A program made the translations under genes and the position numbers. A stretch of DNA of 53,140 nt from the NCBI RefSeq assembly GCF_003611685.1, contig NZ_RAWC01000041.1:1-53140 (forward strand). The letters are read 5' to 3'. The first letter of the stretch is position 1. The number at the start of each line of letters is the position of its first letter. This DNA is from Corallococcus sp. CA049B (lineage in GTDB: Bacteria > Myxococcota > Myxococcia > Myxococcales > Myxococcaceae). The notes under the pieces are model-generated. The model did not search any database and was not told the origin of the DNA. It saw only the letters and a list, made by a program, of their open reading frames with translations. Shown piece by piece: positions 26,380 through 36,070 of the stretch.

Positions 26380-27075
26380 TCAGTGCGTGTGGCGGCGGCC
26401 CTCGTCCTCCACGACGGCCGCCGCCACCTTCTCCGATGAAGCGCGAAGCTCCCACTCGGAAGGCGAGTGCCAGGACTCGAAGGCGAACAGCTTCCGCATC
26501 AGCTTCCCGGCCTGATAGCCGGGGCGCAGCTCGATGGCGTCGAACATCCACGACAGCGCCTCGTCCGCGAAGGTGTACCAGGCCTCCTCGCAGCCCGTGG
26601 CGTCCATGGTGAGGGTCATCGTGGTGACGATTCCCTCCGCCAGGGCCAGCGTCCGGATGTCATTGTCGTCCGGGCCCGAGGGCAGGTCCCGCTTCAGCGC
26701 CTGGAAGTGGGCCTCCAGCTTGAACAGCCATTCACGCGACCGCTCCAGCGCGTCGATGATGAGCTGGATGTTGTATTCCACGCTCATGTCCGGCGTGGGC
26801 TTCTGCCGGAAGAAACGGTGACACCAGCAGTAGCCGCCGAAGCTCTCATTGCCCAGATACAGCCCCGTCTCCGTGTACCAGGGCCCCAGGTTCTGGTTGA
26901 GCATCCACTGGATGTGTTTCGCCATCGTGTCGTGCTGCTCGTCCGTGAGCTTGCGCGTCCCCGGGGGCACGCGCGGCGCCAGGTATTCACGCAGCATCCG
27001 GATGAGCTTCTCCGGGTCATACCCCTCCAGGCTGTCGCGGATGAGCCGCCAGTGCCCCAGGGCTGGCCGGCTCAT
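26380..27075 (-). CDS. Unknown-function protein, paralogue B of a tandem pair (231 aa)
   Basis: It shares W(R)xIRDSL.xY.P..L, LGPWY.E.GL.LGNE..GGYCWCH.FF.Q.P, NIQL..DALER and CEE.WY blocks with the upstream gene. ATGA overlaps the upstream stop. Confidence 0.6.
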   Translation of the reverse strand: MSRPALGHWRLIRDSLEGYDPEKLIRMLREYLAPRVPPGTRKLTDEQHDTMAKHIQWMLNQNLGPWYTETGLYLGNESFGGYCWCHRFFRQKPTPDMSVEYNIQLIIDALERSREWLFKLEAHFQALKRDLPSGPDDNDIRTLALAEGIVTTMTLTMDATGCEEAWYTFADEALSWMFDAIELRPGYQAGKLMRKLFAFESWHSPSEWELRASSEKVAAAVVEDEGRRHTH

Positions 27076-27737
27076 ACGGCCACCTCCGCCACCCGCGCCG
27101 CCGCCTCACGGAGCACCTCCGGGGGAGGCGAGATCCAGGACGTGAAGACGAAGGCCGTGTCCAACTGCTCCAGCGTGGCCTCCGACAAGGGCAGCCCCAT
27201 CGCCTCGATGCACCACGTCATGGCGTCCTGCGCGACCTGGTACCAGGTCTCCTCGCAAGACGTCGTCTCCGCCGTCAGGTCCACGGTCCGCACCAGCCCT
27301 TCCGCGAGCGCCTGCGCCCGGAGAGCCTTGTCGTCAGCCGCCAGCTCCAGCTGACGGCGCGAGGCCTGATACACGCCGTCCAGCGCGTACAGGAACGAAC
27401 GGATCCGCTCCAGCGCGTCCAGCATGAGCTGGATGTTCTCATCCACATCCAAGGTCCGATGCGGCGGGTTCTGGTTGAAGAACGAGTGGCACCAGCAATA
27501 GCCCCCCAGCACTTCATTGCCCAGGGGCAGGCCGCTCTCGATGTACCAGGGACCCAGCTCGGCCTGGAGCAGGTCCTGCACGGCGTTCTTCGCCTGCTTG
27601 AGCCGGCTGGTGTGGATGCTTCCGGTCCGCAGGGGGGCCAGGGCCTCCCTCAGCCGGGACGCCAGCGATTGAGGTGAGTAGGCATCCAGGCTGTCGCGGA
27701 TGCGGCGCCACGTGAAAGCCGAAGCGTTGCTGCTCAT
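27072..27737 (-). CDS. Unknown-function protein, paralogue A of a tandem pair (221 aa)
   Basis: It is about 40% identical to paralogue B. Its start overlaps the fic stop (ATGA). Confidence 0.6.
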   Translation of the reverse strand: MSSNASAFTWRRIRDSLDAYSPQSLASRLREALAPLRTGSIHTSRLKQAKNAVQDLLQAELGPWYIESGLPLGNEVLGGYCWCHSFFNQNPPHRTLDVDENIQLMLDALERIRSFLYALDGVYQASRRQLELAADDKALRAQALAEGLVRTVDLTAETTSCEETWYQVAQDAMTWCIEAMGLPLSEATLEQLDTAFVFTSWISPPPEVLREAAARVAEVAV

Positions 27738-28471
27738 TCAGGCACCTCGTTGCGGCACGGGGCGTCCGGCCCCGCGAGGGTCCGGGCCAGCAGCCTCGCC
27801 AACCGCGTGTAGTTCACCGCGTCTCCCGGCCGCTTGGGCCACAGCACCACAGGCGCCAGCGGTGGCGTGGGCAGCCGGCCCCGGCGCAGCATGTACTCCA
27901 GCCACAGCCGCGCCGCGCGGGCGTTGCCGTCCGGGAAGGGGTGGAAGAAACACAGGTCCAGGTACAACCGCGTGGCATGTGCCACCGGGTGACGCTCTTC
28001 CCGTGCGTCCGCTTCCACCTTGTCGCGGAAGGCCGCCTCCAGGCCGGGCGCGTGCGCATAGCGGTGCGCGCCACCCCACGCGAAGGCGTCCCCGGTGCGG
28101 AAGCCCGTGGGCCCGCCCAGCAGCTCCGACTGGACCTCCACCATCCGGGCGAAGGTCAGCGGCTCGCCCGCGTCCGCGAGCCGCCGCACCCGGGCCAGGG
28201 CCCGCTCGAAGCGCTCCGTCCGCGCCAGCCCCCAGGCTTCATGGGCCGGTGCGTCATGGCGGTGCAGGAAGTCCTCCTGGGCCCCTGTCTCCCGGAAGGG
28301 CTGCCGCGCCGCCGCCACCAGGTCCGCCCGGAGCGAGGGCAGCGCCCAGTCCAGGGCGCGCGTGGCCTCCCGGTGAGGCTCGAGCTGCTCGGTGGGGGAC
28401 GGGGCTTTCACTCGGGGTCCGGGACGAAAACAGGGGGCGGAGAGCCCAGCATGGACGGGGCCGGGTGACAA
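27734..28471 (-). CDS. fic: Fic/Doc-family protein (putative AMPylase or related nucleotidyl/phosphocholine transferase)
   Basis: The Fic motif HPFPDGNARAAR (HxFx[DE]GN[GA]RxxR) is embedded in FFHPFPDGNARAARLWLEYMLRRG. The ORF has a TTG start in the track, so the true start is uncertain. Confidence 0.7.
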   Translation of the reverse strand: MSPGPVHAGLSAPCFRPGPRVKAPSPTEQLEPHREATRALDWALPSLRADLVAAARQPFRETGAQEDFLHRHDAPAHEAWGLARTERFERALARVRRLADAGEPLTFARMVEVQSELLGGPTGFRTGDAFAWGGAHRYAHAPGLEAAFRDKVEADAREERHPVAHATRLYLDLCFFHPFPDGNARAARLWLEYMLRRGRLPTPPLAPVVLWPKRPGDAVNYTRLARLLARTLAGPDAPCRNEVPE

Positions 28472-28569
28472 ACACCCCGGGCGATGAGGCCCTCCCGTGG
28501 GTCACGGAGTGGAGCCTTGGCTCACAATTGCGTAAACAGGCCGTTCTGGCAGCAGGGAGAAGGCACTGA

Positions 28570-29490
28570 ATGAAGACGTTCCTCGTGGTCAACCCGCGCA
28601 GCGCCAACGGGCAGACGGGGAAGCGATGGGTGGAGATCTCCGCGCAGGTGGGCAAGGTGCTCGGTGACTTCGGGTCCGGCTTCACCAGCGGCGGCATGGA
28701 TGCGGCGCGTCTTGCGCGGCAGGCCATTGACGACGGTTATGAGTGCATCGTCGCGGTGGGCGGCGACGGCACGCTCAACGAGGTCACCAACGGCTTCTTC
28801 CGCGACGGACAGGTCATCAACCCCCAGGCCACGCTGGGCCTGCTGCCCCGAGGCACGGGCGGCGACTTCCGCCGCACCTTCGGGTGGGACCTGGAGCTGA
28901 CGTCCGCGCTGGAGCGGCTGCGCACGGAGAAGACCGAGCCCTTCGACGTGGGGCGGCTGGAGTTCACCGGCAACGACGGCAAGCCGGCCACGCGCTTCTT
29001 CGCCAACATCGCCTCGTTCGGCGTGAGCGCGGTGGTGGCCCGCGAGGTGAACCAGGGCAGCAAGGCGCTGGGCGGCAACCTGAGCTTCATGTGGGGCACC
29101 GTGAAGGGCCTCATCAAGTACCAGGAGCAGCAGGTGCGCCTCACGGTGGACGGCGGCGAGCCGGAGGTGGTGAGCGTCACCGCGGTGGCCGTGGCCAACG
29201 GCCGCTACTTCGGCAGCGGCATGTTCGTGGCGCCGGAGGCGGTGACGCACGACGGCCTCTTCGACGTCACCATCTGGTCCAACTACGGCCTGTCCGACTT
29301 CGTCCTCAAGTCCAAGGGCGTCTACAACGGCGACCACGTCACCTGGAAGGGCACGCGCCGGCTGCGCTGCCGCACGATCCACGCGGAGCCGCTGACGGGC
29401 GACGTGTTCCTGGACGTGGACGGCGAGACGCCGGGTCGGCTGCCCTGCACCATGACGCTGTTGCCGGGCGCCATCCGCCTCAAGGTGTAG
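28570..29490 (+). CDS. Diacylglycerol-kinase-family lipid kinase (YegS/DagK catalytic domain)
   Basis: The sequence reads MKTFLVVNPRSANG...GYECIVAVGGDGTLNEVTNGF and carries the GGDG ATP-binding motif. Confidence 0.8.
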   Translation: MKTFLVVNPRSANGQTGKRWVEISAQVGKVLGDFGSGFTSGGMDAARLARQAIDDGYECIVAVGGDGTLNEVTNGFFRDGQVINPQATLGLLPRGTGGDFRRTFGWDLELTSALERLRTEKTEPFDVGRLEFTGNDGKPATRFFANIASFGVSAVVAREVNQGSKALGGNLSFMWGTVKGLIKYQEQQVRLTVDGGEPEVVSVTAVAVANGRYFGSGMFVAPEAVTHDGLFDVTIWSNYGLSDFVLKSKGVYNGDHVTWKGTRRLRCRTIHAEPLTGDVFLDVDGETPGRLPCTMTLLPGAIRLKV

Positions 29491-30373
29491 CGCCGGAGCG
29501 GGGAGGGCGCCGCGCGTCCTCCACGGGCACGCTGACGCCAGACGCGGCGGGCGTGGGGCGGTACCAGCTCGTCTGTCCAATCAGGTGCCGCGTGAAGCCG
29601 TCCTCCACCAGGGGCGAGGCCTCCGCGGCGCCCAGCACCAGGTAGCCGTCCGCGTGGAGCATCCGCCGCACGCGGGCGAGCACCGCGCGCCGGGTGGGCG
29701 CGTCCCAGTAGATCATCACGTTGCGCAGGAAGACGAGGTCCACGGGCGCTTCCCGCGGGACGTCGTCCATCAGGTTGAGCGGCCGGAACTCCACCGGCTT
29801 GCGCACCTGTTCGCTCAGCCGCCACCCGTCGCGCTCCTGGTGGAAGTAGCGCTGGCGCAGCTGGGGCGTCAGGCCCCGGTGGATCTCCTTCGCGTCGTAG
29901 CGGGCCTCGCAGGCGCGGACGATGGCGCGGGTGGAGAAGTCCGTGGCGAGGATGCGCACCGTCCATCCGGTGATGAGCAGCCCGGCCTCGGCCAGCGTCA
30001 TCGCGACGCTGTAGGGCTCCTGACCGTAGGCGCACGCCGCGCACCAGATGCGCAGGGTCCTCGTGCGGACGCGCTTCGCCAGCAGGCCCGGCAGGACGGT
30101 GGTGCGCAGGGCCTCGAAGACGGGCGCGTCGCGGAAGAAGGCCGTCTCGTGGTTGGCCAGCGCCTCCGCCAGGCGCTGGTGCAGCGGACTGCCCTCCGGC
30201 TGCGAGCGCAACCGCGCGACCAGGGCGGAGAGGCCCGGCAGCCGCTCCTCGCGCATGAGGGGCGTGAGCCGAGTCTCCACCAGCGCGTACGTGTCGGGCT
30301 CCAGCACGAGCCCGGAGCGGCGCAGCACGCGCTGCCGCAAGTAGGCGAAGTCGTCGGGAAGCAGGGACATCAT
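29480..30373 (-). CDS. cheR: Chemotaxis protein methyltransferase CheR
   Basis: The sequence has HETAFFRD, then LRIWCAACAYGQEPYSVAM (the SAM-binding site) and VFLRNVMIYWD. The start MMSLLPDD overlaps the cheB stop (ATGA). Confidence 0.85.
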   Translation of the reverse strand: MMSLLPDDFAYLRQRVLRRSGLVLEPDTYALVETRLTPLMREERLPGLSALVARLRSQPEGSPLHQRLAEALANHETAFFRDAPVFEALRTTVLPGLLAKRVRTRTLRIWCAACAYGQEPYSVAMTLAEAGLLITGWTVRILATDFSTRAIVRACEARYDAKEIHRGLTPQLRQRYFHQERDGWRLSEQVRKPVEFRPLNLMDDVPREAPVDLVFLRNVMIYWDAPTRRAVLARVRRMLHADGYLVLGAAEASPLVEDGFTRHLIGQTSWYRPTPAASGVSVPVEDARRPPRSGATP

Positions 30374-31437
30374 CCAGTCCTCCGTCCGCGCGCATCCACG
30401 CGCCGCGCCAGCTCCAACGCCAGCGCCTCCAGGGGCACCACGGCATCCGCGAGCCCCGCCTGCTCCACCGCGCCCGGCATGCTGCCGACGACGCAGCTGG
30501 CCTGGTCCTGCACCACCACCTGTCCGCCTGCCTCGCTCACCCGCCGGCAGCCGCGCAGCCCGTCCTGGCCCATGCCGGTGAGCACCACCGCCAGCACCCC
30601 CGCGCCGTACACCTCCGCCGCGGAGCGGAAGAGCAGGTCCACCGCCGGACGGCACGCGTTCTCCGCGGGCCCCTGGTGCGTGAGCAGCCGCACGCCCATC
30701 GCATCCCGGCGCACGGCCAGGTGGAAGTCGCCGGGAGCGACCCACACCTCGCCCGCCTGCACGGAGGCGCCCGTCAGCGCCTCGCGCACGGTGAGCGGCG
30801 TCACGCCCTGCAACCGCTCCGCGAGCAGCCGGGTGAAGAGGGGCGGCATGTGCTGCACGATGAACACCGGCACCGGCAGGTCCGCGGGCAGCCCGGACAC
30901 CAGGCGCGCCAGCGCGCCCGGGCCCCCGGTGGACGCGCCGATGACGATGGCCTCCACCCGCGCGGGCGACCTCGGCCGGGCCAGGGGCTCGCGTGGCACC
31001 GGGGCCAGCGACGGCGGAGCGGACGGCGCGCGCACGTTCAGCGCCTTGAGCTTGCGCACCAGCTCGTCCCGCACGGCCTCCACGGTGATGTTCATCCCGC
31101 CCGCGGACGTGGGCTTCGTCACGTAGTCGCGGGCCCCCAGCGCGAGCGCCTCCAGGGTCAGCACGCCCGCGCGTTCGGTGAGCGCGCTGAACATCACCAC
31201 GGGCAATTCCGGGGCCCGCTGGCGCAGGAGCTTCAGCGTCTCCAGCCCGTCCAGCTCCGGCATCTCCAGGTCCAACAGCACCACGTCCGGCTGGAACTGC
31301 TCCACCTTCGCCAGGGCGATGCGGCCATTGGCCGCGGTGGCGACGACCTCCAGGCCCGGGGCCGCGCCCAGGAGCAGCGACACCTGGCGCCGCACCACGG
31401 CCGCGTCGTCCACCACCAGGACCCGGATGGCGTTCAT
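30370..31437 (-). CDS. cheB: Chemotaxis response regulator protein-glutamate methylesterase CheB
   Basis: The receiver domain (MNAIRVLVVDDAAVVRR...DVVLLDLEMPELDG) is followed by the methylesterase domain (IVIGASTGGPGAL...FIVQHMP...GMGQDG). Confidence 0.85.
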   Translation of the reverse strand: MNAIRVLVVDDAAVVRRQVSLLLGAAPGLEVVATAANGRIALAKVEQFQPDVVLLDLEMPELDGLETLKLLRQRAPELPVVMFSALTERAGVLTLEALALGARDYVTKPTSAGGMNITVEAVRDELVRKLKALNVRAPSAPPSLAPVPREPLARPRSPARVEAIVIGASTGGPGALARLVSGLPADLPVPVFIVQHMPPLFTRLLAERLQGVTPLTVREALTGASVQAGEVWVAPGDFHLAVRRDAMGVRLLTHQGPAENACRPAVDLLFRSAAEVYGAGVLAVVLTGMGQDGLRGCRRVSEAGGQVVVQDQASCVVGSMPGAVEQAGLADAVVPLEALALELARRVDARGRRTG

Positions 31438-31448
31438 TCGCACCTGCT

Positions 31449-31784
31449 TCACCGCGCCGCGTGCGCGACCGGGCAGCGGCCCAGGGGGGCACCGGAGGCC
31501 CTCTCGCCGTACACCTCGTGGCGCGGCCGGCTCGCGAGGATGGCGCTGGCGCCCCAGTCCGTCACGCGGTGGAAGGCCTCGGACGCGATGAAGGCGTCGA
31601 AGCCCTCGCGGCTGTGCCACTCGGAGACGATGAGGTAGCGCCCCGGCGCTCCCACGCTCTTGAACAGCTCCGTGTGCGCGTGCGCCGGCAGCTTGCGCAT
31701 CGCCTCCAGCACGAGCGCGAACTTCCGCTCGAAGGCTTCCGCCTTGCCCTCACGCACTTCGTAGTTCATGCCGATGGTGACCAT
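31449..31784 (-). CDS. ABM-like (antibiotic biosynthesis monooxygenase fold) small protein embedded in the che operon
   Basis: The 111-aa product MVTIGMNYEVREGKAEAFERKF...LIVSEWHSREGFDAFIASEAF has the ferredoxin-like ABM pattern. Confidence 0.5.
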   Translation of the reverse strand: MVTIGMNYEVREGKAEAFERKFALVLEAMRKLPAHAHTELFKSVGAPGRYLIVSEWHSREGFDAFIASEAFHRVTDWGASAILASRPRHEVYGERASGAPLGRCPVAHAAR

Positions 31785-31806
31785 CCGTCACCTCCTTGTC
31801 CGTGTG

Positions 31807-33399
31807 TCATTCGAGCCAGACCCGGACACGCCGGGGGCCCTCGTCCAGGTGGAACAGCTCCGACGGCCGCAGCCCCGCCGCGACCGCCGCGATCCCCATG
31901 GCCGCCGCATCCAAGCCCCGCGCCGCCAGCTTGCGAGGCAGGTCCTCCGGGAGCAGGTCCTCCAGGTGCGCCGCCACGTCCGCGCGGAAGGTCAGCGCGA
32001 CGCGCGTGTGCCCTCGCTCCGTCACCAGGACCTTCAGGTAGCGCGCGGCGCCCTCCACGCGCGCCTCCGGTGGCGAAGGCGGAGGCGGCAGCGACGGGGC
32101 GCGGGCCTCGTCCAGGAGCGGCCCCCAGGCGATGGGCACGTCCAGCACGTCCAGGTGGCGCACCAGCCCGTGGAACGCGCGCAGGACGAACAGGAGCGAC
32201 GCGGGCCCCGCCGCGCGGAAGTTCCAGCGGTGTGGCCCCAGCGCCTCGGTGAGCCGCTCGCCCAGCCGCCAGCGTCGCGCATGGAAGGGACGGTCCAGGA
32301 GGAAGGGCTCCAGCAGCACGCGGCTGACGGCGGGCAGCGCCTCCGCCATGGGCTCCAGCAGCTCCGGGGCGAAGCCCAGCATCACCCACGCGGACAGGAG
32401 CTGATCCGGGCGCGGCGGCGTGCCCGGACCCTTGAGGAGTGCGAGCAACCGCCCCAGCCCCACGGCCAGCTCCGGCGGCAGCGGCTTCACACAGCCGAAG
32501 TCGAGCACGCCCAGCACGGGCTGTCCGTCCTGTCCCCGCGACACGCGGTAGTTGCCCGGGTGCGGATCCGCGTGGAGCGTTCCCCACGTGAAGCAGCCGT
32601 GGAGGAACAGCCGTACGAGTGTCGTGGACAGCGCGCGGCGGTCCGCTTCGCTCCAGCGCCAGCCCTCCGCGAGCGACGCGCCGTCCACCCAGGTCATCAC
32701 CAGCAGGTCTTCCCGAGTGAGCGAGTCCACCGGCACGGGGACGATGACGCCCGGCACGTCCGCCATGCGCGTGCCCGCGTCCCGCAGGGCCTGGGCCTCG
32801 TGGCGATAGTCCAGCTCGCCCTGGAGCATGCGGGCCAGCTCGTGGCGGTAGGCGGACAGGTCCAGCTTCCCGCGCCAGCCTCCCAGCGGCGCGGCCAGCC
32901 ACCCCAGCGCGCGCAGATCATCCCGCACGGCCTCCGCGATGCCCGGGTGCCGCAGCTTCACCGCCACGGCGCGCCCGTCATGCAGCACGCCCCGGTGCAC
33001 CTGGCCCAGCGACGCGGCGATGCCCACACCCTCCAGCGACTGGAACACCTCCCGCCACGGGCGGCCCAGCCGGCGGGACACCTCCGCCAGCGCGGCCTCC
33101 GGCGCGAGCGGGGAGGGCGCCTCCGCGAGCGAACCGAACCCCGGCGTGTCCGCGCCCAGCTCCGCGAGCGTGAGCACCTGGCCCACCTTCTGGGGCAGCC
33201 CGCGCATCCCCAACAGCCGCTCGGTCAGCTCCCGCTGTGCTCGCTCCGCGTCCTGGGGCCGGGACACCCGCCGCAGGCGCGTGGAGGCACGGGCCACCTG
33301 GCCCAGCGCCCACCACCGCTTCAATCCGGTTCGCACGTGCCGTGGCTCCCTGTGCCTGACGCCGCCCGAGCTACTTCGTCCGCGCCTGCGTGGAGGCAC
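31807..33399 (-). CDS. UbiB/ABC1 (ADCK)-family atypical protein kinase embedded in the che operon. The 5' end is ambiguous because it runs into a tandem duplication.
   Basis: Kinase-like motifs are present: SLGQVHRGVLHDGRAVAVKLRHPGI (the Lys-containing VAVK), the catalytic block HADPHPGNYRV, and DFG (LDFGCV). The listed start is a GTG inside duplicated sequence. Confidence 0.65.
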   Translation of the reverse strand: MPPRRRGRSSSGGVRHREPRHVRTGLKRWWALGQVARASTRLRRVSRPQDAERAQRELTERLLGMRGLPQKVGQVLTLAELGADTPGFGSLAEAPSPLAPEAALAEVSRRLGRPWREVFQSLEGVGIAASLGQVHRGVLHDGRAVAVKLRHPGIAEAVRDDLRALGWLAAPLGGWRGKLDLSAYRHELARMLQGELDYRHEAQALRDAGTRMADVPGVIVPVPVDSLTREDLLVMTWVDGASLAEGWRWSEADRRALSTTLVRLFLHGCFTWGTLHADPHPGNYRVSRGQDGQPVLGVLDFGCVKPLPPELAVGLGRLLALLKGPGTPPRPDQLLSAWVMLGFAPELLEPMAEALPAVSRVLLEPFLLDRPFHARRWRLGERLTEALGPHRWNFRAAGPASLLFVLRAFHGLVRHLDVLDVPIAWGPLLDEARAPSLPPPPSPPEARVEGAARYLKVLVTERGHTRVALTFRADVAAHLEDLLPEDLPRKLAARGLDAAAMGIAAVAAGLRPSELFHLDEGPRRVRVWLE

Positions 33400-33494
33400 G
33401 GGCCACCTGGCCCCGCGCCCACCACCGCTTCAATCCGGTCCGCACGTGCCGTGGCTCCCTGTGCCTGATGCCGTCCGCGCTACTTCGTCCGCGC
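33288..33494. repeat. Tandem direct duplication of two copies of about 100-105 bp, spanning the mcp 3' end and intergenic region and the 5' end of the UbiB-kinase ORF
   Basis: gcgtggaggcacgggccacctggccc.gcgcccaccaccgcttcaatccggt.cgcacgtgccgtggctccctgtgcctga.gccg...gctacttcgtccgcgcc occurs twice with about 93% identity. The second copy contains the true mcp stop codon. The first copy carries a relic of it. Confidence 0.8.
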
Positions 33495-35582
33495 CGGCTT
33501 GTCGGAGGTGTCCACCTGCACGACCAGCCGTTGCAGCGACTGCGCCATGTGGGCCAGCTCCACCGCGGAGCGCTGCGTGCTGCCCGCGCCCTCGGTGGTG
33601 CTGCGCGCGGCCTCCGCCACGGCGGCCATGTTCTCGGAGATTTGCTGGCTGCCCTTGGCGGCCTCGCCCACGTTGCGGAGGATCTCCCCCGCGGTGGCCG
33701 TCTGCTCCTCGACGGAGGAGGCGATGGACGTCTGCAGCTCGTCGATGCGGCTGATGGTGGCGCCGATCTCCAGGATGGCGTTGACCACCTCCTCGGTGTC
33801 GCCCTGGATGGTGCCGATCTTCTGGCCGATGTCCTCCGTGGCGCGGGCCGTCTCGCGCGCCAGCTCCTTCACCTCGTTGGCCACCACCGCGAAGCCCCGG
33901 CCCGCCTCACCGGCGCGCGCCGCCTCGATGGTCGCGTTGAGCGCCAGCAGGTTCGTCTGCTGCGCGATGGAGGTGATGACCTTGATGACCTTGCCGATCT
34001 CCTGGCTGCTCGTCCCCAGCTTGCCGACGACGTTGGACGTGGAGTCCGCGAGCTTCACCGCGGACGCGGCCACCTTGGCGGCGGTGCTCGCGTTGCGCGC
34101 CACCTCGCGGATGTTCGCGTTGACCTCCTCCATGCCGGACGCGACGCTCTGCACGTTGCGGCTGACCTGTTCGGCGCCAGCGGACACCTGCGTGGCCTGC
34201 GCCGCGGTCTCCTGTGCGTTGCTCACCAGCTGCTGGCTGACGCTGGACAGCTCCTGCGACGACGCGGCGAGCGTCTGCGAGTGCTGCGTCACCTCCTGGA
34301 AGATGCCGCGCAGGGTGGTGTCCAGCTCCTGCTCGCGCTGCTGCACGGCGAGCTTGTCCGTGATCAGCTCCCACGTCACCATGGGGCCCAGGTAGCGGCC
34401 CTGGCCGTCGTACACCGCCGTCACCAGCAGGTCCGCGGTCTCCGGGCCAATGGGGATGTTCGCGCGCACCGGCAGGTTCTTGTCGTTGGCCAGGATCTTC
34501 CGCTGGTACGCCACGTCCCGGTGGAAGACGTCGATGTGGGAGCCCAGCACCCGGTCCGCGGCGACGGGCAGGTGCTTCTCCACGCGCTGCAACAGCCGGC
34601 GCGAGGCGGGGTTCAGGTAGATGATCTTCAGGTCCAGGTCCGCCACCATCACGCAGGTAGGGGCGTTCTCCATCATGGCCCTGAGGCGCGCCAACTCCGT
34701 GTCCGTGCGCTGCTGATCCGTGACGTCCGTCCACGTCACCACGTAGCCGGTGAGCGCTCCGCCCCGGCCGGAGATGCCGTCGATGCGCGCCTTGATCAGC
34801 GTGGGGCCCACCGCGAAGTGGGCCTCGTGCGGCAGCGCGGAGGGCTCCAGCAGCCGCTCCTCCTCCAGCCGGAGCTGGTGCTCGAAGTGGGCGAGGAAGT
34901 CGCCGCCCGCGTCCCCCGCGCCGTCGCGGAGGCCGGACGCCTGGTGGATGCGCTCGATGGCCTCCGACGAGGACGCGTTCGAGAAGACGATGGCCAGGTC
35001 CGCGTCCAGGACGAACAGGTTGACGCTCGCCGCGTCCAGCACCGCCTCGCTCAGGGCGCCTTCGAGCGGCGTGGGCGCGCGGCGGCGCGAGGACCGGGCC
35101 GCGGGGGCGGACGCGGCGGCGACCCGGCGTCCCTCCGTCCGGGAGGCACGCGCCGGAGCACGCTTCACGGCGGCGGTCCGCGAGGCGGCCTTCGCCACGG
35201 GCCTGCTCACGCTGTCGCCCTGCGACGAGCCCACGGCCGCCAGCAGCTCGCGGGCGACGGGGCCCGGCACGTCCAGGTCATCCAGCACGGTGGCCAGGTG
35301 TTCGGCGACGCGCCCGAAGTGACGGGGCTTGAGTTCCATGCGCGCGTGCACTTCGCGCATCGACGGGCCCTTGTAGACGCCCGGACCGCCCAGGTGCTGG
35401 GTGAGGAACGCGACCATCTGGCGCTGTAGCTGGAGCATGTCCGCGCGGCGGAAGTAGGGCTTGAGCAGCGCGTCCGTCATCACCCGCGCGTAGAGCTTCT
35501 GCACGGCGGCCGTCAGGGGGGCCTTGCCGCCCAGGCGCTGGAAGAGGGTGGTTTTCACGGCGGGCGCGGTCGGGCGGGCCAT
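33480..35582 (-). CDS. mcp: Soluble methyl-accepting chemotaxis protein with an N-terminal truncated hemoglobin (group I 2/2 Hb) domain and PAS domains
   Basis: The N-terminus [26 protein letters not shown]...[43 protein letters not shown] matches trHbN (mycobacterial ...[25 protein letters not shown]...). PAS-like segments follow. The C-terminus is an MCP signalling domain (...[31 protein letters not shown]...). No transmembrane segment is present. Confidence 0.85.
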   Translation of the reverse strand: MARPTAPAVKTTLFQRLGGKAPLTAAVQKLYARVMTDALLKPYFRRADMLQLQRQMVAFLTQHLGGPGVYKGPSMREVHARMELKPRHFGRVAEHLATVLDDLDVPGPVARELLAAVGSSQGDSVSRPVAKAASRTAAVKRAPARASRTEGRRVAAASAPAARSSRRRAPTPLEGALSEAVLDAASVNLFVLDADLAIVFSNASSSEAIERIHQASGLRDGAGDAGGDFLAHFEHQLRLEEERLLEPSALPHEAHFAVGPTLIKARIDGISGRGGALTGYVVTWTDVTDQQRTDTELARLRAMMENAPTCVMVADLDLKIIYLNPASRRLLQRVEKHLPVAADRVLGSHIDVFHRDVAYQRKILANDKNLPVRANIPIGPETADLLVTAVYDGQGRYLGPMVTWELITDKLAVQQREQELDTTLRGIFQEVTQHSQTLAASSQELSSVSQQLVSNAQETAAQATQVSAGAEQVSRNVQSVASGMEEVNANIREVARNASTAAKVAASAVKLADSTSNVVGKLGTSSQEIGKVIKVITSIAQQTNLLALNATIEAARAGEAGRGFAVVANEVKELARETARATEDIGQKIGTIQGDTEEVVNAILEIGATISRIDELQTSIASSVEEQTATAGEILRNVGEAAKGSQQISENMAAVAEAARSTTEGAGSTQRSAVELAHMAQSLQRLVVQVDTSDKPARTK

Positions 35583-36070
35583 CAGCGGGACTCCTGGGGA
35601 AGCAGGGGGAAGGAAGGGGAGGCGGAGGCGCTGGACGCGGGGGAGAGCCCGTCCACCACCGCGTCCGCGGACAACACGAGCAGCAGCCGGTCCGGCAGCG
35701 CATGGACACCCAACAGCAGCGAGCGCAGCGGCCCGCCCAGGTTGTCCGGCAGCGGCGCCAGGTCCGACTGCTCGAAGGGGAGGATGTCGCCAATGGCATC
35801 CACGCGAAGGCTCACCGCGCCCTCGTCGCCGCGCAGCACGACGTGGGGCGCGTCCGCGGGGGCGGTGCCCTCAGGGAGGTCCAGGCGGCGGCGCAGGTCG
35901 ATGGCGGGGACGATCTGCCCGCGCAGGTTGAGCAGCCCCGCCACCTCCGGAGGCGCGCCGGGGAGGCGCGTGAGCGGGGGCGGCAGCAGAATCTCCTGCA
36001 CGCGTTCGATGTCCAGGCCGAACAGGTGGTCACCCACCTGGAACGAGCACAGCTGGCGGGAGCCGCTCAT
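35582..36070 (-). CDS. cheW: Chemotaxis coupling protein CheW
   Basis: The 162-aa product [28 protein letters not shown]... is a CheW-like domain. Its start overlaps the cheA stop (ATGA), and its stop overlaps the mcp start. Confidence 0.8.
   Translation of the reverse strand: MSGSRQLCSFQVGDHLFGLDIERVQEILLPPPLTRLPGAPPEVAGLLNLRGQIVPAIDLRRRLDLPEGTAPADAPHVVLRGDEGAVSLRVDAIGDILPFEQSDLAPLPDNLGGPLRSLLLGVHALPDRLLLVLSADAVVDGLSPASSASASPSFPLLPQESR

Noticed and set aside
27734-28471. Fic inhibitory-helix motif (S/T)xxxE(G/N) within the Fic ORF or its partners
   Set aside because: I found only imperfect matches, for example TERFER in Fic and TTSCEE or ATGCEE in the paralogues. That is not enough to call an antitoxin-type inhibitory glutamate.
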